Positions 12,488 through 24,748 of a stretch of 64,000 nucleotides of DNA are shown here, one piece after another (the stretch's first letter is position 1; the number at the start of each line of letters is the position of its first letter). The translations under genes and the position numbers were made by a program. The notes beneath the pieces were generated by a model, which was not told the DNA's origin, made no database searches, and worked only from the letters and a program-made list of their open reading frames with translations. This stretch comes from Hemiscyllium ocellatum (Eukaryota): the NCBI RefSeq assembly GCF_020745735.1, contig NC_083431.1, positions 45,722,496 through 45,786,495 on the forward strand. The letters are read 5' to 3'.

Positions 12488-13614
12488 GAGGAGAAAGTGA
12501 GGACTGCAGATGCTGGAGATCAGAGCTGAAAATGTGTTGCTGGAAAAGGTCAGCAGGTCAGGCAGCATCCAAGGAGCAGGAGAATTGACATTTCGGGCAT
12601 GAGCCCTTCTTCAGGAATGAGGAAAGTGTGCCAAGTGGGCTGAGATAAAAGGTAGGGAGGAAGGACTTGGGAAGGGGCGTTGGAAATGCGTTGGTGGAAG
12701 GACATTAAGGTAAGGGTGATAGTCTGAAGTGGGGTGGGGTGGAGAGGTCAGGAAGAAAATTGCAGGTTAGGAGGGCGGTGCTGAGTTCGAGGGTTGGGTC
12801 TGGGACAAGGTGGGGGGAGGGGAAATGAGGAAACTGGAGAAGTCTGAGTTCATCCCTTGTGGTTGGAGAGTTCCTAGGCGGAAGATGAAGTGCTCTTCCT
12901 CCAGCCGTCGTGTTGCTACGGTCTGGCGATGGAGGAGCCCAAGGACCTGCATGTCCTTGGTGGAGTGGGAGGGGGAGTTGGAGTGTTGAGCCACAGGGTG
13001 GTTGGGTTGGTTGGTCCGGGTGTCCCAGAGGTGTTCTCTGAAATGTTCCACAAGTAGGCGGCCTGTCTCCCCAATCTACTTGTGAAACATTTCAGAGAAC
13101 ACCTCTGGGACACCCGGACCAATCAACCCAACCACCCCGTGGCTCAACACTTCAACTCCCCCTCCCACTCCACCAAGGACATACAGGTCCTTGGACTCCT
13201 CCATCGCCAGACCATAACAACACGACGGCTGGAGGAAGAGCGCCTCATCTTCTGCCTAGGAACCCTCCTACCAGAAGGGATGAACTCAGATTTCTCCAGT
13301 TTCCTCATTTCCCCTCCCCCCACCTTGTCTCAGTCCTAACCCTTGAACTCAGCACCACCTCCCTTACCTGCAATCTTCTTCCTAAGCTCTTCGCCCCCAC
13401 CCCTACTCTGGCCTATCAACCTCACCTTAACCTCCTTCCACCTATCGCATTACCAATGCCCCTCCCCCAAGTCCGTCCTCCCTACCTTTTATCTTAGCCT
13501 GCTTGGCACACCTTCCTCATTCCTGAAGAAGGGCTCATGCCCGAAACGTCAATTCTCCTGCTCCTTAGATGCTGCCTGACCTGCTGCGCTTTTCCAGCAA
13601 CACATTTTCAGCTC
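12488..13614. mobile_element. Fold-back Penelope-like element (about 540-bp inverted arms, GIY-YIG C-terminus)
   Basis: Opposing ORFs both read HFREHLWDTRTNQPNHPVAQH..RRLEEE..LGTL; TSD TGGGGTTGAAT(T/A)AT at 12473-86 and 13615-28. Confidence 0.9.
13519..13554 (+). ncRNA. Minimal hammerhead ribozyme-like motif (PLE family 1)
   Basis: CUGAAGA-A-GGGC-UCAU-GCCC-GAAACGUC at 13523-13550. Confidence 0.55.
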
Positions 13615-14064
13615 TGGGGTTGAATAATGTCTCCTAAGTAGCAGCCTTAGGATCTGGCATTTAATGAAATGGTTGGCATGTCTCCTGAGAGTTTAGGCAG
13701 GCATCAGTGACAATCAAAGATAATGGGGTTGAACGTCATTCATAGAACGTGTCCAGCAAACATGAGGTGATGGGTAGAGCTAGCGTGCCAACCTGTATTG
13801 ATATACTCCCGGTAACATAGTACAACATCCTAATGCTGCTACAGTCCAGAGGCATGTTCACTCATTCGAGACAGAGAGAGAGAGAGAGAGATGGTTGTTG
13901 GTGAGGGCCACATGTTTCAGGTGAGGGGCACGTTTGAGAAGGCAGGACCTCCATGGTGACCTCAGTGCGATAGGCGTTGAACCCATGTTATGGATGCATT
14001 GCAAACCTGCTGTCCAGCCAACGGAGCTAACCAACCCCCAGGTTAAGCCACATAGAGTCACAGA

Positions 14065-14535
14065 GTCATAGAGATGTACAGCACGGAAACAGACCCATCA
14101 GTCAAACCTGTCCATGCTGACCAGATATCCCAACCTAATCTAGTTCCACCTGCCAGCACTTGGCCCATATCCCTCTAAACCTCTAGTCATATACCCATCC
14201 AAATGCCTCTTAAATGTTGCAATTGTACCAGCCTCCACCACATCCTCTGGCAGCTCATTCCATACAGGTTACTGTCATCTGTGTGAAAAAGTTGCCCCTT
14301 AAGTCTGTTTTATGTCTTTCCTCTCTCATGCTAAACCTATGCCCTCCAGTTCTGGACTCCCCAGGGAAAAGATTTTGTCTAGTAATCCAATCCATGGCCC
14401 TTGTGATTTTATAAACCTCGATAAGGTCACCCCTCAGCTCCAAGGAAAACAGCTCCAGCCTATTCAGCCTCTCCCTATCGGTCAAATCCTCCAACCCTGG
14501 CAACATCCTTTCTGAATCCTTTTAAGTTTCACAAC
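14065..14535 (-). mobile_element. CR1-type LINE 3' fragment
   Basis: MLPGLEDLTDRERLNRLELFSLE..RGDLIEVYKI..DLRGNFFTQ. Confidence 0.85.
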
Positions 14536-15166
14536 ATTAGTTACAATTTCACTGCAGTCAAAGGGGGGGATATCAAGGCATAAAATGGAGGAGAGGGAGG
14601 TGGAGAAGTTTAGGAAGGGAATTCCATAGTTTAGCATCTGTACAGTTGAAGGAACAGCCATCACAGGGAGGGAGAAGAAAGTGAGGGAAAAGTGACATGA
14701 TTTGGAACAATACAGATTTCTCGGGAGTTTGTAAAGATGGAGGAGACTGCAGAGATAGGGTGTTCAAAAGAGTTGGGATTATCACTCTTTCTGGTATCAG
14801 GAAGACAATCTGCCAATTGTTACATTGGGCTCTGGGTGGTTAAGATAGAATGTTGCCATCCATTTTCCTCTCTATTTTTAAAAGTAAATAAAATAGTTGA
14901 ACCACCTAAACCAAATCAGAGAGCAGCCCCTAGGAGGCACTGTAACAAAAATCCGATCACCATGGAAACTGACAGCATTTTAAATTAAAATATCAGTTTG
15001 GGAATCTTCCTTTCTATACTGAGCCTAAGGGTTTCTCTAGTTATTAGTGGTGGAGAATTGATGAGTCTTCACAAGAAGAAGTGTTTGTCTTACTTGAGAA
15101 GAGGCAACTTTTTGCCCGATTGCAAGGCGTATGAGTTATACATGCTCGCTGGTTATAATTAATAAG

Positions 15167-16321
15167 GAGAAAGTGAGGACTGCAGATGCTGGAGACCAGA
15201 GTTGAAAAGTGTGGTGCTAGAAGATTAGACTACACCTCATCCCACCCTGCCCCCTGTAAAAACGCCATCCCATATTCCCAATTCCTTTGCCTCTGCCGCA
15301 TCTGCTCCCTGGAGGACCAATTCCAATACCGAACAGCCCAAATGGCCTCCTTCTTCAAAGACCGCAATTTCCCCTCCTGCATGGTCGACGATGCTCTCCA
15401 CCACTTCCCACCCCTCCAATCGCCACCAGGCCTCACCTTCCACCCCACAACCTCCACATACATCGTATCATCCTCCGTCATTTCCGCCACCTCCAAACAA
15501 ACCCCACCACCAGGGATATATTTCCCTCCCCACCCCTATCAGCATTCCAGAAAGACCACTCCCTCTGCGACTCCCTCGTCAGGTCCACACCCCACACCAA
15601 CCCAACTTCCACTCCCGGCACCTTCCCCTGCAACTGCAAGAAGTGCAAAACTTGCACCCACACCTCCCTCCCCCTCACCTCTCTCCAAGGCCCCAATGGA
15701 TCCTTCCATATCTGCCACAAATTCACCTGCACCTACACACACATCATTTACTGTATCCGCTGCACCCGATGTGGTCTCCTCTACATTGGGGAGACAGGCC
15801 GCTTACTTGCAGAACATTTCAGGGAACACCTCTGGGACACCCGCACCAACCAACCCAAACACCCCGTGGTGGAACACTAACTCCCCCTCCCACTCCACCA
15901 AGGACATATAGGTCCTTGGCCTCCTCCATCGCCAGACCCTGACCACATGATGCCTGGAGGAAGAGCACCTCATCTTCCGCCTAGGAACCCTCCAACCACA
16001 AGGGATGAATGTAGATTTCTCCTGCTTCCTCATTTCCTCTCCCCCCACCTTATCTCAGACCCAAACCCCCGGATTCAGCACCGCCTTCTTGACCTGCAAT
16101 CTTCTTCCCAACCTCTCCGCCCCCACCCCTCTCCGGCCTATCACCCTCACCTCCTTCCACCTATCGTATTCCCAGCACCCCTCCCCCAAACTCCCCCCCA
16201 CCCCCCACCTTTTATCTCAGCCTGCTTGGCACACCAGTCTCATTCCTGAAGAAGGGCTTATGCCCGAAATGTCGATTCTCCTGCTCCTCGGATGCTGCCT
16301 GGCCTGCTGTGCTTTTCCAGC
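15167..16321 (+). mobile_element. Penelope-like element 3' part (RT thumb remnant and GIY-YIG endonuclease) with short inverted terminus
   Basis: HPAPCKNAIPYSQFL..; PCNCKKCKTC..FTCTYTHIIYCIRCTRCGLLYIGETGRLLAEHFREHL; TSD ATAATT(A/G)ATAAG. Confidence 0.9.
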
Positions 16322-16709
16322 ATAATTGATAAGGAGCCAGGTCTGTCACTTCTCTCTCCATCTGTACTTTGTACTAGATTACCTGGTTCTCCAATCAAAG
16401 TTTGTTTGAGATCAGAGTGGGTGGAGCCTTTCAACATTAACCTTTTTGTAACCATCACCTTATGCAATATCTATCCTCCTCAATCAGACGTACATGGTTC
16501 AGCATACCCACAGCAATATGTTTGACTCTTTACTGACCTCTGGAATGGACTGGATCGGGGCGGTTAGGAAAGGTGATAAATGCTGGCCTTGTCAACTACA
16601 GTCCTTTGTATTTTATTTTGCACAGATCTGTGTGAGCAGTTACCTCCAAAACCAAAAATTAATTTTGACAACAGTGTTAACACACTGACACAGCGTGAAT
16701 GGACTATCA

Positions 16710-17482
16710 GGAACATTACTGGTTCCAGGAATGAAAAATATTGATTTTCAGGATAGTTTGGAGATGTTTGAGACTGTTTTCCTCAGAGAGAAGGCTGATA
16801 TTTGATGGAAGTTTTCAGGATCATGTAGGGACAGAATAGACAAGGAGAAAATATTCCCTCCCATAAATCAATCAAGAATGAAATAGGGTCATTTGCAAAA
16901 GATGCAAATGACACTTGATAATCACGCAAGTTGTTCAGGTCTGGAATGCACTGCCTAGAAGTGTAATGGTGGCAGGTTCAGTTAAGACATTCAAGCGGGC
17001 ATTGGATAAGACTGGCATCAGTGGTGGGCAAGTTATTGGAGGGAATCCTGAGGGACAGGATTTACGTGTATTTGGAATGGCAAGGATTTTGGCTGTTTTC
17101 CCTTGGAACATCAGAGGCTGAGGGGTGACTTTATAGAAGTTTATGTAATCAGGAAAGACATGGATAGGGTAAATAGACAAGGTCTTTTCCCTGAGGTGGG
17201 GGTGTCCAAAACTAGAGGGCATAGGTGTAGGGAGAGAATGGAAAGATTTAAAAAGGACCTAACGGGCAACTTTTTCACACAGAGGGTGGTGCGTGTATGG
17301 AAGTGGTGGAGGCTGATACAATGGAAACATTTAAAATGGGTATATGAATAGGAAGAGTTTAGAGAAATATGGGCCAAGTGCTGGCAAATGGGACTGGATT
17401 AATTTAGGATACCTGGTCAGCATGAATGAGTTGGACCAAATGGTCGGTTTCCATGCTGTAAATTTCTATGACTTTATGACTC
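16710..17482 (+). mobile_element. Two adjacent CR1-type LINE 3' fragments
   Basis: QVVQVWNALPRSV..FKRALDK, and RLRGDFIEVY..KTRGHR..GNFFTQRVVRVW, ending in an (ATGACTCT)-like tail. Confidence 0.8.
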
Positions 17483-17483
17483 T

Positions 17484-18281
17484 CTGTTCACTTTAAAATA
17501 GAGAGTGTTTTCTGAATTTTAAAGTAAAAGTAAAGTGCAGGCTCAGTTGCCTGAATGGAACGGCTGGGAGATGGGCTGTTCCAAAGTAGATACATGTAAT
17601 AATTGGCTGTTAAATGGATACCTGAGTTTTGGTCACTGTTTTGACAACAATTCAAATTTAATCAATTGGTTTTAATTATACTCAGGTTACTAAAACCTAA
17701 TCGAGTTTGAATTTATTGTTTTGATAACATCTGACCAATGATAGGGAATGATGTTGGGGGTATATAAAAACATAGACATTTTGAAAATTGGTCAGAGCAT
17801 CTGTCACCGATTAGCTGAGCAACTGCCGTACAGCCGGAAAGCTAAGGGTACATCTAAAATCTTGCTCTCAAAGAAATTAGAACACATTATCTATCAAAGG
17901 TAGCTTTTCCTGTAAAGCATATTTACAGTAAATAGAAAGAAGACATCCCAGGGAGATGAGCAGATGGAAGATTAAAGGCAGCGGAGAAGACAAAGACTGT
18001 AGACTTGAGATTAAGTTAATTTAAGGTTTAATAATTGTGTTATTGGAACAGCATGTTAATAGCATTGTGTTCAATTAAGGGAAAGAATGTTTGGTTTGTT
18101 AATAGTTTTGTTTAGTGTTCATGATTAGAGTTAGAAAAATAAATTGTTATTTTTCACTTCAAATCGTGGAAATGAGGAGTTCTCTGTCATTCCCTCATAC
18201 TTTAACAGATTACAAGGCAAGGCGAGCTTTTCTGGGTGTTTGGTTTTAATTAACAGAGGGGTTGACCTCTGCTTTGTAGCA
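17484..18281 (+). mobile_element. 5'-truncated solo LTR-like element
   Basis: Homologous to 18488-19785 and to the reverse complement of 10364-11071. Confidence 0.6.
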
Positions 18282-18487
18282 CATCAATATCCACAAAACT
18301 GTGAGCTTAGACATTTCCAGCTTCCAATAAACTACAGATTTTCACCCAAACACTCACAATTTGGAAGCTTGATTAAAGGTTTCCACTGAGATGACTGTGT
18401 TGTTCCTGAATTTCAGGAAGGAACAAAACTAAACTCACTTCAGAAATGAAATTGCCCTAAACAAAATCAATCTCTAGGTTTTCGATG

Positions 18488-19785
18488 TGTTATGAAGTTG
18501 AAGGCATGTACTATACCTTTAAGAGAGAGTGAAAGCTGAAAGCTAGCAAGCATCCTATCACAGAGTGTGCTGGAAAATTGAAAAATGTAACATTTTGGTT
18601 GTAACCTAAACACCAGTTGTTTTCACAGCAGTTCAAATTTAACCAATCACGGTGACTCAGTGGTTAGCACTGCTGCCTCACAGCATCAGGGACCCAAGTT
18701 AAATTCCAGTCTCAGGCGACTGTCTGTGTGGAGTTTGCACATTCTCCCCATATCCACAAAGAGTTTTCTCCAGGTGCTCCAGTTTCTTCCCACAGTCCAA
18801 AGATGTGCAGGTTGGGTGAATTGGCTGTGCTAAATTGCCCATAGAGTTTAGGGATGTAGGTTAGGTGCACTAGTCAGGGGTGAACATAGGTTGGAGGAAT
18901 GAGTCTGTGTTGGTTACTCTTTGGAGAGTCAATGTGGAATTGTTGGGCCAAAGGGCCTGTAGGGATTCTATGATTTTAAACAATCAATTAAATTAAAAGA
19001 TACTAAGACCCAATTAAATTTGAATTTTACTGTTTTGACAACATCGAACCAATGAGATGATCCAATGTTTTGGGGTATAAAAAGCAGACATTTGGACAGT
19101 TAGCCAGAAAGAACACCACCTGCCTTTGTCAGACAGAACGCCTGAAAACACCCTCTATCAAAGGTATCTTTGTCATTTGAAACATCTATGCAGCAGAAGC
19201 ACAGGGAGATCTATAAACAGAGGAAGATCGACACTGGAAATGACAATCACTGTCTGGTTTTGAAATTGAATTGCTGTAAATTTAATGGGGGCTTTACGAG
19301 GGGACACAACTTTAAAGTGAGGGGAGATAGGTATAAGACAGATGTCGGAGGTAGTTTCTTTAGTCAGAGAGTAGTACGGGTATGGAATGCTTTGTCTGCA
19401 ACAGTAGTAGATTCGCCAGGTTTAAGTGCATTTAAGTCATCATTGGACAGGCAAATGGACGTACATGGAATAGTGTAGATGGGATAGGCTTCAGATTAGT
19501 ATGACAGGGCGGTGCAACATCGAGTAAACATAATGTTCTATGTTTACTGGATCGGTATATTGTTATAGAATGGGAAGTAGATAACAAACCTATAAGAGAA
19601 AGGAGGCTCAGAGTTATACATAGTTGTTGTTTAATGTTCATTCTAGAGTTAAAGAATAACATTGTTGTTTTTTCTTTAAATAGTGGAATTTTGGTAGTTC
19701 TCTGTCATTCATACTTTATGGGTGAGGTGAGTTTTTCTGTATTTTTGGTTTAATTAACAGAAAGGTTCACTGCTGTGTCATAACA
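18488..19785 (+). mobile_element. Solo LTR-like element with nested HE1-like SINE (about 18650-18975) and CR1 fragment (about 19290-19545)
   Basis: TGTTATGA...TCATAACA inverted termini; the nested elements are recognisable by V-domain and RGHNFKVRG..RVVRVWNAL. Confidence 0.72.
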
Positions 19786-20139
19786 CTAAGCTAGAATCAA
19801 TCTTTGGACATTTCAGACTGAAAGCAAGCAAATGGCCTTCAATGTTTACCTACCTGTCATAAACACTGTAATATGGACAACATACAATGCTGGGCTAAGA
19901 TCACAAGGACTCTGACCTTCATCATATTTAAAGAAAACCTCCACAGAAATGAGCCACTTTCATCTGCCAGGGACAATGGGATGTTTCACTATTCTTTGCA
20001 TTGGTTCTGATGATCAGCACTATGCGCAGTGTGCTTTAGACATGTTTTCCTCCTTTTTCTACTGAGGATAATCCCCTTCAAGTGGTGAACAGAGCCCTGA
20101 GCTGGTTCCAATATATCTCCTGCATTTTTGCCTTTAGCC

Positions 20140-22050
20140 TTTACACAGTACAGCATAGGAACAGGCCCTTTGGCTTACCATGCCTGCACCAAGTCCTAAT
20201 CCTTATTTAGACCTCTACTTTATTGGCCATGAGCAGTTTCTATCCCTCTGTCTACTCCTGTGTCTATCAAGATATGCCTTAAACATTGCCAATGTGTCTG
20301 CTTCCACCACCTCCACTGGCAGTGTGCTCCAGATACCCACCACCTGCTGTGAGAAATATTTTCCCTGCACTTCTCCATTAAACATGCCCCTCTCACCTTG
20401 AACTGTGCCCTCTTGTACCCTGTGAAAAAGCTCCTGACTATTCAACCTATCTATGCCTCTCATAATTTTGTGGTCATGCCACAACCTCCTTCTTTCCAAT
20501 GAAAACAATCCGAGTTTATCCAACCTCTCCTCATAACTAAAACCTTCGAGGAGAAAGTGAGGACTGCAGATGCTGGAGATCAGAGCTGAAAATGTGTTGC
20601 TGGAAAAGTGCAGCAGGTCAGGCAGCATCCAAGGAGCAGGAGAATCGACGTTTCTGACATAAGCCCTTCTTCACATTTTCAGCTCATAACTAAAACCCCC
20701 CAGATTAGGTGTTATGGACCAGACCAACCCACCTCAAAATATTTCAAGAGGCAGATGTAAAATGTTCAAATGCCATGTGACTGGTCAAACTACTCAATGT
20801 CTAGCAAAGCACAATTTATTTAAACACTATAGTTAAAATATAAACAAAAGAAAGACAAATTTAGAGTAACATAATGATTGGAAACCTTAATCAAATAACA
20901 GATACAATAACTGTTACTGATTAACTGTTCCAATATGCAAAAAACAACCTCCTTGGCAAAAAGGCAAATTCAGACACAGATTCTCACAAGCAGTTCTCCC
21001 ATCCAGGAGAGAAAACAAACATTAAGAGAAAATTCAGAGAAATTAGCAGCTAGGAGACATTCATTGAAGCTTCCAACATGTTTGAGATTCCAAGGGCATC
21101 TGCTCATAGCTAAACATAGATTCCCTACAGTGTGAAAACAGGTCCTTTGGCTCAACCAGTCCACACCGACCCTCCGAAGAGTAACCCGCCCAGACCCATT
21201 CCCCTGCTGTATGTGTACCCCTGAACAATGCACCTAACACTATGGGAAATTTAGCATGGCCAATTCATCTGGCCTGCACGAGGAAACTATAGCATCCAGA
21301 GGAAACCCACGCAGACACGAGGAGAATGTGCAAACTCCACACAGACAGTCACCCGAGCTTGGAATTGAACCCAAATCCCTGGTGCTGTGATGCAGCAGTG
21401 CTAATCACTGAGCCACCATGCCACCCCAAAACACCAAAAACACTCTAGAAAGCCTGGTCTGTGAGAACGGGTCACAACCAGGCTGCTTCCATTGTTCCAA
21501 TGTGAAAAACTACCTCAAAGCCTCACAAACTGTTTACATTTTTGAGACGTTTTGCTTTAAAGTCTTTCTTCAAAAAAGAAACAGGACAAAATAACATCTT
21601 AAAGTGACAGCATCATCCTGGTAAACCTTCTTCAAAGCCTTTCTGGTCGTGTGAACTGCACGCAATATACCAAATGTGGGCTAACTAAAGTTTTGTACAG
21701 CTGCATCATAACTTGCCGAGATTTTCATTCGGTGTCCTAGCCGATGAGTGTAAGCGTGCTGTGTACCTTCTTGACCACCTTATCCACTTTCAGGAATCTG
21801 TGGACTCATATGCCCAGATCCCACTGTATGTCTTTCCCTGGAATGGGGAAGCCCAGAAATAAAGGTTTAGGGTGAGAGGGGAAAAATTTCAATGGGACCT
21901 AAGGGGCAACTTTTTCAAGCAGAGGGTGGGGTGGGTATGGAATGAACTGCCAGAGGAAGTGGTGGAGGCTGGTACAATTGTAGCATTTAAAAGGTATCTG
22001 GATGGGTATATGAATAGGAAGGGTTTAAAGGGATATGGGCAAAGTGCTGT
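20140..22050. mobile_element. Nested cluster: minus-strand CR1 fragment interrupted by a short PLE (20548-20682) and an LTR-like element (about 20710-21615) containing an HE1-like SINE (about 21120-21428), then a plus-strand CR1 fragment
   Basis: CR1 peptide GFSYEERLDKLGLFSLERRRL; PLE with TSD CTCATAACTAAAACC (20530-44, 20683-97); SINE V-domain on the minus strand. Confidence 0.7.
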
Positions 22051-22054
22051 GAGA

Positions 22055-23110
22055 GCTGAGCTTCATAGCTAGACACGTCTGTTACAATTTCATCCAGAAG
22101 AGAACAGAAACACAATTAGCAATGGGATTAGTTTGAAATTAAAGAAAGTGTATGTCCCCTCACTGCTGCTGAAGCCCCCACCTGTACATCTTATCTGAGT
22201 TTAACTCGCAGACGATAAGGACATGGACTCAGGGTGATTCCGAATTTGGATTTAGTGTAGTTTGGTCTTGGCTCATTTTCTGGGAGATGGAATGTGAACT
22301 GTTGGAGCATGGAGGTGAAGAACAGGAAGAGTTCAGTCTTTGGATTAGTGGTGCTGGAAGAGCACAGCAGTTCAGGCAGCTTCCAAGGAGCAGCGATATC
22401 GATGTTTCGGGCAAAAGCCCTTCATCAGGAATAAAGGCAGAGAGCCTGAAGTGTGAAGAGATAAGCTAGAGGAGGGTGGGCGTGGTGAGAATGTAGCATA
22501 GAGTACAATAGGTGAGTGGGGGAGGGGATGAAGGTGATAGGACAGGGAGGAAGAGCTTCAGGGCAGAGGAAATGACCTGGGAGTTGCAGTGGGAGAGGGA
22601 CTTCATGAGATTCTGGTAGAGAGAGAGGAGGAAAACTTCTTCAAGGCAGGCATCCTTGGAAGAGGATTCGCAGCAGGGTTAAAATCAATGAGATAAAAAT
22701 AATGACTGCAGATGTTGGAAACCAGATTCTGGATTAGTGGTGCTGGAACAGCACAGCAGTTCAGGCAGCATCCAAGGAGCAGCAGCTCTTCCTCCCTGAC
22801 CTATCACCTTCATCCCCTCTCCTACTCACCTATTGTACTCTATGCTACTTTCTCCCCACCCCCACCCTCCTCTAGCTTATCTCTCCACGCTTCAGGCTCA
22901 CTGCCTTTATTCCTGATTAAGGGCCTTTTTGCCCGAAACGTCGATTTCACTGCTCCTTGGATGCTGCCTGAACTGCTGTGCTCTTCCAGCACCACTAATC
23001 CAGAATCTGGTTTCCAGCATCTGCAGTCATTGTTTTTACCAGAGTCCAGTCTTTGCCAGCTGTTCCCCCAGGCAGTGACCTGCAGAGAGAGGAGCAAAGG
23101 ACGGTCGAGT
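22055..23110 (-). pseudogene. Orphan CYP2D-like exon 9 with intron-8 acceptor and 3'UTR remnant, split by a Penelope-like insertion
   Basis: 23079-23041 reads (G)HCLGEQLAKTGL (6-nt deletion before the heme Cys). 22342-22191 reads [49 protein letters not shown]-stop. About 22055-22190 resembles the gene B 3'UTR. Confidence 0.92.
22343..23040. mobile_element. Rearranged fold-back PLE inserted in the orphan exon 9
   Basis: 15-bp TSD AGAGT(T/C)CAGTCTTTG at 22328-42 and 23041-55, made of exon-9 coding sequence. Confidence 0.9.
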
Positions 23111-23607
23111 CAGCAGGAGAGGTGCATGTGTCTGTGTACGTGTAAGTGTCTGTTTGCGTGTTCACATCCAAGATGGCGGCAGTGGAATCGGTCGCATCCG
23201 GCTCCTCACCCTAGGCTGGTTTGTTCTGCCTGTTTTTTTTCGATCATTTTCTCGTTTTTCTTCTCTCTTTTTTGGAAGTTTTTTCTCGTGCTTCTTTTTG
23301 TGTGAAAAAAAAACTTGCTTTGGAGCAGCAGTGACATCATTGGAGTGGCTGAGAGTAGGAACAGAGCGGACTAGAGACCTGGGCGGAGCAGGACAGTTGT
23401 TGAACTGGGGACCGGGACGGGCAGACAGCGGCTTGCAAACCCAGTCAGATCACATCTGGAAGCTCCCTAAATGGACCAATAAGATTTCAGACTTAGATTT
23501 ATTGTCACATGTATATAAACATACAGTGAAGTGCTTTTCGTGTGTAAAATGCGAAGTGTTGCCATCTTGAGGCAAGAGATAAATAACATAGAAATTGAGG
23601 AAGATAT

Positions 23608-24020
23608 TGTGTGCAGTTTTGGTCGCCATACTATAGGAAGGATGTGGAGGCACTTGGGGCTGTTTTCATTGGAGAAAAGAAGGTTTAGGGGTGACTCAAT
23701 AGAGGTGTACAAGATGATTAGGGGTTTAGATAGGGTTGACCATGAGAACCTTTTTCCATGTATGGAGTCAGATATTACGAGGGGGCATAGCTTTAAATTA
23801 AGGGGTGGTAGATATAGGACAGACGTTAGGGGTAGATTCTTTACTCAGCGAGTCGTGAGTTCATGGAATGCCCTGCCAGTAACAGTGGTGGACTCTCCCT
23901 CTTTATGGGCATTTAAATGGGCATTGGATAGGCATATGGAGGAAAGTGGGCTAGTGTAGGTTAGGTGGGCTTGGATCGGCGCAACATCGAGGGCCGATGC
24001 ACTGTATTTTTCTATGTTTC
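23608..24020 (+). mobile_element. CR1-type LINE 3' end (unit 1, carrying a 77-bp deletion)
   Basis: LGLFSLEKRRFRGD..RFFTQRVVSSWNALP. Confidence 0.88.
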
Positions 24021-24580
24021 TAAGAAAATCAACCCAGAAAATGTACAAACAGTGGGAAATCAATCTAAATTGGGAAATGTGACTCTGTAATAGGGACTAT
24101 TCTCTCTTATTTTTTTCACATCTTCTTGCAGTCTGAAGCTGGAATAAGAGAAGCCAGAAAATAATTGTTATACCCAGCTACTTTAAGGAAAGCAATGTCT
24201 TTTCTTCAACACATTTAAAGATAAATAGATAAAGAAAAATTGGAATAAAAAGAAAACAAGTGGAAAATATAATTTTAGTATTTTAGTTAGCTTTAGCTTA
24301 AGTGTTCAGACATTTATTAGAAGCTATAACAAATAAAATAACATATTCTGCAGAGTGTCAGAAATTTGCTTGCATTCTGGGGATTTTTAAAACTTTGAAT
24401 TACGTTCTGAGATAAGCCAAGTTTGAATCTTATCCTGGTCATGAGAAATATTCACAGTCAAGACCCGAATAAAGGCTTAAGATGCCCCTTTGCTCACTGT
24501 CGTATTTTCAATGGTTAAAATCACATGATGCTGTAATAAAGTGGTGATTGATTAGCCACTCCCAACAAACCTCTGCAGGA

Positions 24581-24664
24581 AATAAGCACTACCGCAGTTA
24601 GGCGGTAGTGTGGGGGTTAAGAAAGAAGAAAAAAAGAAAAAGAAAAAAAAAGAAGAGAAAAAAA
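24581..24664 (+). mobile_element. 84-bp 5'-truncated poly(A)-tailed retroposon in the exon-1a promoter
   Basis: Absent at the paralogous site (29971). 17-bp TSD AACAAACCTCTGCAGGA / AATAAAACTCTGCAGGA; 9-bp hairpin followed by an A-rich tail. Confidence 0.85.
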
Positions 24665-24748
24665 AATAAAACTCTGCAGGAGCCTCACTCACTGTCAGCT
24701 GGAATTTGTCCTCTGGCTGCTGGACAAGTGTTTGTCTCTCTGGGAAAC

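Noticed and set aside
15186-15942. Long overlapping Pro/His/Thr-rich ORFs as novel genes
   Set aside because: Alternative frames of a C-rich Penelope-like element; only the GIY-YIG frame is meaningful, and it is truncated.
23169-23180. YY1-like motif CAAGATGGCGGC as a CYP regulatory site
   Set aside because: It lies at the start of a probable repeat-derived segment, is altered in the second unit, and nothing links it to the CYP promoters.
24608-24748. In-frame poly-Lys/Arg N-terminal extension of exon 1a (looks like an NLS)
   Set aside because: It starts at GTG and is simply the translated A-rich tail of the retroposon insert. It probably lies upstream of the TSS and is absent from the paralogs.
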